A stretch of 64,000 bases of DNA from a phage. The stretch's first letter is position 1. Each line of letters starts with the position of its first letter. Under the pieces are notes generated by a model. The model searched no databases. It was not told the DNA's origin and was given only the letters and a program-made list of their open reading frames with translations. Both the position numbers and the translations under genes were made by a program. The DNA is taken from the sequence record PZ386963.1; one strand, given 5' to 3'. Below are positions 57,357 through 64,000 of the stretch, one piece after another.

Positions 57357-58487
57357 ATGACTACTAAAACTAAAGCACAGATTGACGCAGAAATTTACAA
57401 ACTGGTTAAAGAAGGTAAGCTGACTAAAACAGCTATTGCACAGAAATTTAATACTTCAACCCGTTCAGTTGGTCGTGCTGTAGAGCGTCATGAAGCAACC
57501 TTAAAAGGTAATAAGAAGGCGACTTCTACACCAGCTACGAAGACTTTGAAACAAGTTGCTAAGACTTTGAAACAAGTTGCTAAGACTTTTAAAAAGAAAT
57601 CTGGCAAACAAGTTGAAAAGGTCGTTAAAGATGCTGTACAGAAAGCTCCAGTAAATAAACTGCATGAAGCTATGCAGAAAGATGACAAAATTGAGTACAT
57701 GATTACTGGTGACTCTGTAATTATGACTTACGGTTCAGAGTCTGAAATTGTTGAATCTACTCATCCGAACTATCAAGAGATTGTAGTTCATGTTGTGAAA
57801 GGTGAGTTCAAGAAAGCCTTTGAACTGATGAACATTCGTAAGTCTATCGAAAACTTCACTCAGGGTGCTATCACAATCAAAGGTGACAAGTTATTCTACG
57901 GTGCTGTTGAGATGCGCTCTACTCTGGTTGACCGTATTCTTCACATGATGAAGACTGGAGATAAAGGTTTTGAACGCCTTGTGATGTTCTTCGAAAAACT
58001 GATGGAAAACCCATCTAAAGACTCTGTAGAACAACTTTGGGGCTTTGTATCTCACCTTGATGTTGAAATTGATGAAGAAGGCTACATCATTGGTTGGAAG
58101 AAAGTCTCTACTCGTGAAGGTAAGCTGGTTGACTCCCACACCTACAGAGTACCTAATGATTTGGGTAACATTGTAGAGATGCCACGTTGGATGGTTGATA
58201 ATAACCGTAACGTAACTTGCTCTCAAGGTCTTCATGTTGGTGCTTGGGATTATGTTCGTTGCTTCTCAGGTGATACAATCCTGAAGGTTCGTGTCCATCC
58301 ACGAGATGTTGTATCTGTTCCAACTGATTACAATGATATGAAGATGCGCTCGTCTCGTTATGAAGTTGCAGCAATCGTTGATAGTCAACGTAAAGTGCTG
58401 AAAGCATGGGATGGCAAGACTGACGCTTTACATGTCATCGTCGGTACTGCTGGAGAACTTATCTCCCAACGTAAACGTGAAATCTAA
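57357..58487 (+). CDS. rIIB: rIIB-like protein (tentative)
   Basis: 376-aa ORF directly after the rIIA-like gene; N-terminal HTH-like segment; contains in-frame 21-bp tandem repeat. Confidence 0.35.
   Translation: MTTKTKAQIDAEIYKLVKEGKLTKTAIAQKFNTSTRSVGRAVERHEATLKGNKKATSTPATKTLKQVAKTLKQVAKTFKKKSGKQVEKVVKDAVQKAPVNKLHEAMQKDDKIEYMITGDSVIMTYGSESEIVESTHPNYQEIVVHVVKGEFKKAFELMNIRKSIENFTQGAITIKGDKLFYGAVEMRSTLVDRILHMMKTGDKGFERLVMFFEKLMENPSKDSVEQLWGFVSHLDVEIDEEGYIIGWKKVSTREGKLVDSHTYRVPNDLGNIVEMPRWMVDNNRNVTCSQGLHVGAWDYVRCFSGDTILKVRVHPRDVVSVPTDYNDMKMRSSRYEVAAIVDSQRKVLKAWDGKTDALHVIVGTAGELISQRKREI
57540..57589 (+). repeat. 21-bp tandem repeat (AAGACTTTGAAACAAGTTGCT, about 2.4 copies) inside coding sequence
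   Basis: Read directly; encodes KTLKQVA-KTLKQVA. Confidence 0.8.
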
Positions 58488-58502
58488 TAAGTAATTTCTT
58501 AA

Positions 58503-58530
58503 AAGGCTGCTTCGGCGGCCTTTTTTATTT
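58503..58530 (+). terminator. rho-independent terminator with TTCG tetraloop
   Basis: AAGGCTGC-TTCG-GCGGCCTT (one G-U pair) then TTTTTTATTT. Confidence 0.6.
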
Positions 58531-58556
58531 GTATTTTGTGCAGAGTGCTGTATAAT
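58528..58556 (+). promoter_or_regulatory. promoter-like element with consensus TATAAT -10 and weak -35
   Basis: TATAAT at 58551-58556; TTGTAT/TTTGTA 16-17 nt upstream. Confidence 0.3.
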
Positions 58557-58587
58557 TGTTGTCACGATAAACTAAACAGGAGAACCA

Positions 58588-59136
58588 ATGAAGAAATTGA
58601 TTCTAGGTTTGTGCTTAATGTTTACAGCACACTTATCTTATGCAGTTGACTGCCCAGAGCTATCAATTAGCCAAAAAGTAAACATGTTAAAAGCTTACCA
58701 GTATGGTGAGAATAACATGGGTAAAGGTTGGGGTATCACTCTAGCTGCTATAGCCTTACAAGAGTCAGAGTTAGGTCTGAAGGTAGAGAATAAAAAGACA
58801 CATGATTATGGTATTTTCCAGAATCACTTGAAGACTGTTGTAAAGCGTAACAAAATTAGCCCTAATGTGGCTAAAAAGAAACTCTTAAAAGACTTTGACT
58901 ATGCTGCGAAGGAAACACACAAAGAACTTGAGTTTTGGACAAAGGTGCATGGTCAGCCAAAGTCAAAGAAGACTTTACAAAAAGTTTTAGCATCATATAA
59001 TGCTGGGTATTCGTACAGAATCCCTAAAGCTAAGAAATATTCTCAAGATGTCTATAACAATATGAAAGTAATCGCTCAATGTGAATTTGCAACAAACATT
59101 TCTAAGGTAAACCATGAAAAAATTAAGAAAGTCTGA
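58588..59136 (+). CDS. signal-peptide lytic transglycosylase (endolysin candidate)
   Basis: Signal peptide MKKLILGLCLMFTAHLSYA; SLT-like motifs ALQESELG, YGIFQ, ASYNAG. Confidence 0.5.
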   Translation: MKKLILGLCLMFTAHLSYAVDCPELSISQKVNMLKAYQYGENNMGKGWGITLAAIALQESELGLKVENKKTHDYGIFQNHLKTVVKRNKISPNVAKKKLLKDFDYAAKETHKELEFWTKVHGQPKSKKTLQKVLASYNAGYSYRIPKAKKYSQDVYNNMKVIAQCEFATNISKVNHEKIKKV

Positions 59137-59809
59137 TGAAGTATTGTGCCATGCTTATGACTTGCACCCTCATGAGTTAGGTCTTGATTCCTGTGTATGG
59201 ACTCCAGAACAGTGCAGGGATTTTGAAGACACCGCAAGAGAAGTTGTATGTTCACTTGAAGAGTTCCACACATCAGAACCAATTGTGAACGTTGTGGACA
59301 AAAAGACTGGACAAGCTATAGGTGTAAGTCGTGATAGCTTAGTCATAGTCAATAAAGACCTTGTAGAAAAAGGGAATCTCATCTTAGCAGATATTGATGG
59401 TGTTCTTACAAATTTTAATCACGAAGATTGTTCAACGGAATTGACTGACGGTTCATTCTCGCAGTATACCAATCTTCTTGATTCTGTAAGAGCAAAGCCG
59501 ACGTATGTTTTCAATATCATTGATGCAATTGCTAATCATGCTGCTGTTGGACTCTTGACAGCGAGAGGCGAATCTCAGAGAATACCTACTGAGATGTTTT
59601 TAAGGCATAACACAGAGCATGACTACATGCTTTTTATGCGTGGTTTTGGGACTAACTCTATAAGTGCAGAAAGTTTGAAAGTGAGGATGATTCAGTCTTG
59701 CATTCTGCCTTACTTTAATATAGTATGTTTTATAGAAGACACAGAGAAGAATGTGCAGAAGGTGAACAGAATCCTTCCACACATCAAAACCATGTTAGTT
59801 AAACATTGA
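59114..59809 (+). CDS. HAD-superfamily hydrolase (phosphatase/nucleotidase-like)
   Basis: HAD motif I ILADIDGVLT; downstream GLLTAR and EDTEKN consistent with motifs II and IV. Confidence 0.4.
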   Translation: MKKLRKSDEVLCHAYDLHPHELGLDSCVWTPEQCRDFEDTAREVVCSLEEFHTSEPIVNVVDKKTGQAIGVSRDSLVIVNKDLVEKGNLILADIDGVLTNFNHEDCSTELTDGSFSQYTNLLDSVRAKPTYVFNIIDAIANHAAVGLLTARGESQRIPTEMFLRHNTEHDYMLFMRGFGTNSISAESLKVRMIQSCILPYFNIVCFIEDTEKNVQKVNRILPHIKTMLVKH

Positions 59810-59819
59810 GAGAAAACTT

Positions 59820-60284
59820 ATGAACAATATCATTACGGTAGCACTGGACGTTACGGCAAACAAATCTGAAGTAGTTCGTAACATTATCAAGAGTAACTTT
59901 GAGGGTAAAATCTTCCGTGCTGTCAATGTAAAAGCAGACGGTAACATCCGAGAGTATCGTGCTCTTTTGAATGTTAAGAAACACGTAAAGGGTTCTGGCT
60001 CAACGACAGCACACAAAGAAAACCTGATGACTATCTATGATATGGGTATGGCTTCAGAATTAGGTGCTGAAGGTATCGTTAAAGAAGGTGCTCCGTATCG
60101 CTCTTTCAATCTGGAAACTGCTCTTATGCTTTCCTTTACAAGTGGTTCTAAAACAACTACTTATCTCTTTACTGATGCTGCAACGGTATCTGCTATCAAG
60201 GATAGCACTGTCAAAGCTGGGGTAGCTGCTGCTGCAAAAGCTTCTTCGATGGCTGCAAATGTCCTTGCTAAAGTCCTCGGTTAA
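59820..60284 (+). CDS. hypothetical protein
   Basis: 154-aa ORF, Ala-rich C-terminus. Confidence 0.3.
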   Translation: MNNIITVALDVTANKSEVVRNIIKSNFEGKIFRAVNVKADGNIREYRALLNVKKHVKGSGSTTAHKENLMTIYDMGMASELGAEGIVKEGAPYRSFNLETALMLSFTSGSKTTTYLFTDAATVSAIKDSTVKAGVAAAAKASSMAANVLAKVLG

Positions 60285-60296
60285 GGTTAAGATACA

Positions 60297-60318
60297 GGCT
60301 CCTTCGGGAGCCTTTTTC
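60297..60318 (+). terminator. rho-independent terminator with TTCG tetraloop
   Basis: GGCTCC-TTCG-GGAGCC then TTTTTC. Confidence 0.6.
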
Positions 60319-60336
60319 ATTTTAGGAGATTGTTAA

Positions 60337-60684
60337 ATGACATTTAAAGAGTTCTGTCAAGCTACTTTCATAATTGTTTTCTTAGTTGGTGCAGGTGTCT
60401 GGGGAGGATACTCTTACAGAGACTATCAAGTTGCTGAAACTGAGCTAAACAATCAAAAGCTCATAAGTGTTGCTAAAGATGCTTATCAGGAAGGATTAGT
60501 CACACTGAGCACCAATTACAAAAATGATTTGAAAGATGTACTTGCTAAGAATAAGCATACAAAAGAGGTACTAACATATGAAAAAACTAAGCCAGAGTTT
60601 TATAATGTTTGTGTTACTGATAACTATGTCAGGGTGTTCAACGAACAAAGTGAACAGTACATTCAAAAACTCCCAAGTAAGTGA
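60337..60684 (+). CDS. i-spanin (Rz-like inner-membrane spanin)
   Basis: N-terminal TM helix then helical periplasmic domain; contains start of lipoprotein ORF in another frame. Confidence 0.45.
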   Translation: MTFKEFCQATFIIVFLVGAGVWGGYSYRDYQVAETELNNQKLISVAKDAYQEGLVTLSTNYKNDLKDVLAKNKHTKEVLTYEKTKPEFYNVCVTDNYVRVFNEQSEQYIQKLPSK

Positions 60685-60847
60685 GAGCGATAAGTACACT
60701 CAAGAAGAGTCACGGTATATCATCAAAGGTAACACAGGCAGTGATGTAGCAGCAGCCCTTGAGTTCTATCGTGACGGCTTTTACCAGTGTACAATCAAAG
60801 CTAATAACCTTATTGACATGATTTTATTAGGGAATAAGCAGCAATGA
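60578..60847 (+). CDS. o-spanin (Rz1-like outer-membrane lipoprotein), overlapped architecture
   Basis: Signal peptide with lipobox-like ITMSGC; starts inside i-spanin gene in +1 frame and extends past it. Confidence 0.45.
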   Translation: MKKLSQSFIMFVLLITMSGCSTNKVNSTFKNSQVSESDKYTQEESRYIIKGNTGSDVAAALEFYRDGFYQCTIKANNLIDMILLGNKQQ

Positions 60848-61113
60848 CAGAGAATCAAGATACTTTCTATGTAGAAGGTTACTTACTGTTACCACGACCA
60901 AAAGAAACTTATATGCGAATTGATTTCTCACCAACCATCATGGATAATGTGATGTGCCATATCTTTATGCAAGGTGTCACAGCACAACTTAAGCATGTTG
61001 GCAAAGAGTGCAAAATAAAGGTTGACACTCATCCAGAAATCAAAGAGAATCACTACACATGGTTCTTACCAGACTCTAAAGAAATCTTAGCAGTTCTTAA
61101 AACGAGGAAATGA
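60844..61113 (+). CDS. hypothetical protein
   Basis: 89-aa ORF. Confidence 0.3.
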   Translation: MTENQDTFYVEGYLLLPRPKETYMRIDFSPTIMDNVMCHIFMQGVTAQLKHVGKECKIKVDTHPEIKENHYTWFLPDSKEILAVLKTRK

Positions 61114-61424
61114 TTATGCAATTCCAGCCAACAAATCGTGGATTTTCTTATGCAGAATTTAAAGATGCTAAAGGGGAAATTTGTACTTTACAAGAGAGTT
61201 CATCATACGAACCATGTATCTGGTTAGGTGCTAAAGAGGTCTCTGTTCAGTACCTAGATAATGGCTGGAAAACACTTGATATCCCAGCATTAGTGGGCAA
61301 AGATTTTGTAGGTAACCAAAGAATGAAGCTCAATCAAGAACAGGTAAAAGAGTTGTTGCCGTACCTCCAATACTTTGCTGAAAATGGTGAATTACCAACA
61401 GAGGAACTTACAAATGCAGATTAA
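61110..61424 (+). CDS. hypothetical protein
   Basis: 104-aa ORF. Confidence 0.3.
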   Translation: MIMQFQPTNRGFSYAEFKDAKGEICTLQESSSYEPCIWLGAKEVSVQYLDNGWKTLDIPALVGKDFVGNQRMKLNQEQVKELLPYLQYFAENGELPTEELTNAD

Positions 61425-61740
61425 TGGAAGAGACTTTGTAGCCGTTTACTACGAGAAAGGCAAAGAGGTTGGTGTAGCACAAGTAACTTATGGCAATGGT
61501 AAGTGGCTATATGGGACAATCGCAGTAGTAGGAACAAGAAGTGATACAAAAACTTTTAAAGATTGTGTTGACCTTCTTGAAGAATCCATCCAGAATCATT
61601 GGTGTCTGATATGGATGACTGATAACGAAGTGATGGAGCGTTTCAAAAAGATTGATATCAACATTGACAGTATTGAGCATGTTGATTTATATGAGCTAAC
61701 TGAGAAGGTAAACTATGAAAGTAATACTAGCCAGAGATAA
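61414..61740 (+). CDS. hypothetical protein
   Basis: Start taken at ATG 61414 within ORF-track ORF 61375..61740. Confidence 0.3.
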   Translation: MQINGRDFVAVYYEKGKEVGVAQVTYGNGKWLYGTIAVVGTRSDTKTFKDCVDLLEESIQNHWCLIWMTDNEVMERFKKIDINIDSIEHVDLYELTEKVNYESNTSQR

Positions 61741-61942
61741 AAAGACACGAAAACTTATCAGGTCAGCAGTGTTCATTGGACGAAATGAGGTCATCCCATT
61801 TACAGCAAATGATGTGATAGCTTACAGGAAGAACTTAGTATTCACTGACTGCTTACGTGGCTTCATCTCTGAACCATTGGAAGACTTTAAAAGTCGTTGT
61901 GGTAAAGGTATCATCATTCAAGAGGCAATTATTCATGGCTGA
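61715..61942 (+). CDS. hypothetical small protein
   Basis: 75-aa ORF. Confidence 0.25.
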   Translation: MKVILARDKKTRKLIRSAVFIGRNEVIPFTANDVIAYRKNLVFTDCLRGFISEPLEDFKSRCGKGIIIQEAIIHG

Positions 61943-62135
61943 CTTCTGTAAAGACTGTTCTATCGAAATGTTCGGACGTGATACAGGTGACTTAAAAGGT
62001 CTTATCACTGAAGATGACTTTAAAGCTGGTTATGCAATGCCAGTAATCTGTGAAGGTTGTGGGTGCATCTGGGTAGACCATGAGGGGCAACGTGTAAAAC
62101 CTTCAGAAGATAAAGAATCTTGGGAGAGATGTTAA
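61938..62135 (+). CDS. small zinc-ribbon protein
   Basis: CKDC ... CEGCGC cysteine pairs; start taken at ATG 61938 within ORF 61857..62135; stop abuts macro-domain gene start. Confidence 0.35.
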   Translation, partial: ADFCKDCSIEMFGRDTGDLKGLITEDDFKAGYAMPVICEGCGCIWVDHEGQRVKPSEDKESWERC

Positions 62136-62921
62136 ATGGGTATTGTAAAAATCATCAATGGTGATATCTTTGCTGCATTTGATAAAGGTAAGTTTGACAT
62201 CATTGGTCATGGTTGTAACTGTATGAACCTAATGGGTGCAGGTATCGCTGATAAGATTTCTAAACTTTACCCAAAAGCATATGAGACCGATACAGAAGTT
62301 TATCTATATGCAGGTGGTATAGGCCACAAACCCTGTGAAAATTTACTGGGTAATTTCTCCGTAGCACGTTTAAAACAAGGTCGTATAGCTAACCTTTACA
62401 CTCAGCTTAAGACTGGTAAAGATGCACGATACAGTGCTTTAGAGTCATCTTTGAAACAGCTTAACAGATACTGTGAAGTTAACCAGTTGAAGAAGGTTGG
62501 TCTACCTATGATTGGTGCAGGTATCGGTGGACTTGACCCTCAAGCTGTCACAGTTATCATCAATCAGGTGATGAAGGGTGTAGATGTTTATCTGTATGTC
62601 TATGAAGGAGAGATGTACCACAAGTTACGCTCAGGTTGGAAGAACTACTGTGAACCAGAATACTTTGCAGGTGTAGCAGTGTTCACAGATAACGCAGTTA
62701 CCCTCTTCAGACGAAGAAAAGGTAAGATACATCAAAGTAACCCTCCGGTTGAAAAGATGTCTCTAAGTAATGCTCTAGTTACCCACCTGTCGAAGAGCAA
62801 TCACAGAATTGCTGTAACATTTGGTAGTGATGCAGAAGCTTATATCTATGCAAGAACTGATGAGGATATCGAGGCAATCTTCTCTTCACCAGAAGTTACC
62901 TTCTTAGACGCAAAGAACTAA
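62136..62921 (+). CDS. macro-domain (ADP-ribose binding/processing) protein with C-terminal extension
   Basis: INGDIF..DIIGHGCNCMNLMGAGIA..GLPMIGAGIGG follows the macro-domain GDIT/NAAN/GGGV/glycine-loop order; 261 aa. Confidence 0.5.
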   Translation: MGIVKIINGDIFAAFDKGKFDIIGHGCNCMNLMGAGIADKISKLYPKAYETDTEVYLYAGGIGHKPCENLLGNFSVARLKQGRIANLYTQLKTGKDARYSALESSLKQLNRYCEVNQLKKVGLPMIGAGIGGLDPQAVTVIINQVMKGVDVYLYVYEGEMYHKLRSGWKNYCEPEYFAGVAVFTDNAVTLFRRRKGKIHQSNPPVEKMSLSNALVTHLSKSNHRIAVTFGSDAEAYIYARTDEDIEAIFSSPEVTFLDAKN

Positions 62922-62990
62922 GAAACTTCGTAGTATATTCACAATAGACTAAGCCTTTCTTATCTGGTAAATTTTTCAGGTAAGGAGGGC

Positions 62991-63176
62991 TTTTTCATTT
63001 CAGATTTGTGCAGGTAAAGTTCTGTAGAGAAATCTATAGAGAAAATTTTGAACTCCAAAGAGAAAATTCATTTTCAAACTGTGCAGGTAATCTCCAAAGA
63101 GCTTTTTCATTTTCAAAACGTGCAGACCCCGCTCAGGTCGGGCAAGAAAAATCATTTTAGAATTGTGCAGGTAGGT
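62991..63176 (+). repeat. four direct repeats, consensus TCATTTTCAAANNGTGCAGGTA, plus tandem GTAGGTGGG x2
   Basis: Copies near 62991, 63064, 63103, 63147; GTGCAG core conserved. Confidence 0.7.
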
Positions 63177-63348
63177 GGGTGTAGGTGGGGCTGTCGCCAT
63201 TTCTCACAAGGCTACCACATCTGAAAATAAAAGTCAACAGAAAAATTTGTAGCGGATTGAAAAATAATTCTTGATTGTAGTTCTGTTTTGTGTTAGTCGT
63301 GCGCGCCCGTTTCATTCCATTTTTGCAAAAATATTTTTAAAATTCCTA

Positions 63349-63377
63349 TTGACTCTTTGAGTATGGTTATCTAATAT
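63349..63377 (+). promoter_or_regulatory. sigma70-like promoter TTGACT-17-TAATAT
   Basis: Read directly, about 50 bp upstream of 63428 gene; identical hexamers to 22833 element. Confidence 0.45.
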
Positions 63378-63427
63378 TTGCATCAGACGGGCAATCAAGC
63401 CCACTTCCTAAACTGGAGAATCTAAAA

Positions 63428-63634
63428 ATGCTTTACAGTCGTGAATTGATGGTTACAACTAACGTTAACACAAAGGTAAAACGTTTTTACATGCAAATTT
63501 GTGGCGTATGGTCTAGAATATCAGAGGCTGACTATTGCAACTATGTAGAAACAGCTATAAACTCTAATTGCTACCTTACAAGAAATACTAAGAATTTTAC
63601 AAGGCAAACAGCGATTTGCTATTACGATAAATAA
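63428..63634 (+). CDS. hypothetical small Cys-containing protein
   Basis: 68-aa ORF with GGAGAATCT RBS. Confidence 0.3.
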   Translation: MLYSRELMVTTNVNTKVKRFYMQICGVWSRISEADYCNYVETAINSNCYLTRNTKNFTRQTAICYYDK

Positions 63635-63721
63635 AAGTACTTTACATGGGGCTTAAAAGTCTGTAAAGTAAGCCCCAGATAAAGAGCTTTACCAACAACC
63701 TTAAACTAGGAGAATCTGAAA

Positions 63722-64000
63722 ATGGCATATCGCGCACCTAAATTCATCAACAAAGACAACTTTCGCAACGCACTGGAGAAGTCACTTGATGAGGATTTTA
63801 AAGGCAATGTTATTGTTGTCCACGCATTCAATTTTAAGTATGATATTAACGGGAACAGAATCAACCATTACACGGCAACAATGTTAGATGGCACACTTTC
63901 AAGTGAAAAAGCCATTATCAATGCACTTGCAGGACGTGGGAAAAACCTGATAAGATGCGATAAGAGACGTTATCAAGGTGGCGCATATGGTTACGATGAT
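63722..64000 (+). CDS. hypothetical protein, 3'-truncated at window end
   Basis: ATG with near-identical RBS context to 63428 gene; open to window end. Confidence 0.3.
   Translation, partial: MAYRAPKFINKDNFRNALEKSLDEDFKGNVIVVHAFNFKYDINGNRINHYTATMLDGTLSSEKAIINALAGRGKNLIRCDKRRYQGGAYGYDD

Noticed and set aside
62991-63176. Possible CRISPR array
   Set aside because: Only four imperfect repeats with irregular spacing and variable flanks, no cas genes, phage context; better described as iteron/promoter-like direct repeats.
63000-63200. 66-aa ORF on the - strand in the repeat region
   Set aside because: Lies entirely within the direct-repeat array with no RBS; likely spurious.

Overview
This window reads as one nearly continuous stretch of a virulent, AT-rich, tailed dsDNA phage genome with a contractile-tail (myovirus-type) structural module; no host genes, tRNAs, integrase or CRISPR are visible. 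Layout: (1) 1-23472, + strand: terminase, portal, prohead protease/scaffold, major capsid, sheath, tube, chaperone pair with a -1 frameshift site, tape measure, P2-like baseplate genes and two tail fibers, then two small membrane proteins. (2) 23511-32852, - strand: thymidylate synthase, DHFR, small proteins, an HTH protein, a secreted protein, ATP-dependent DNA ligase, an HNH-AP2 homing endonuclease and a family A DNA polymerase. (3) 33080-62921, + strand: early proteins, dNMP kinase, T7-type primase-helicase, SSB, 5'-3' exonuclease, GIY-YIG nuclease, aerobic (nrdA/nrdB/redoxin) and anaerobic (nrdD/nrdG) ribonucleotide reductases, a Prs-like/NadV-like pair, an rIIA-like GHKL ATPase with rIIB-like partner, a signal-peptide lytic transglycosylase, a HAD hydrolase, an overlapped spanin pair and a macro-domain protein. 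(4) 62922-64000: a repeat-rich non-coding region and two small genes. The gene content (NadV + Prs + both RNR classes + ThyA/DHFR + rIIA/rIIB + Pol A + many homing endonucleases) resembles Felix O1-like myoviruses, but this is from memory, not a search. The best candidates for an unusual system are the Prs-like/Nampt-like pair with no linked NMNAT (NARP1-type NAD+ reconstitution signature), the zinc-ribbon + macro-domain pair, and two structured non-coding regions (27040-27360 and 62991-63190). All functional calls rest on motifs read by eye and synteny; none is verified by a database search.
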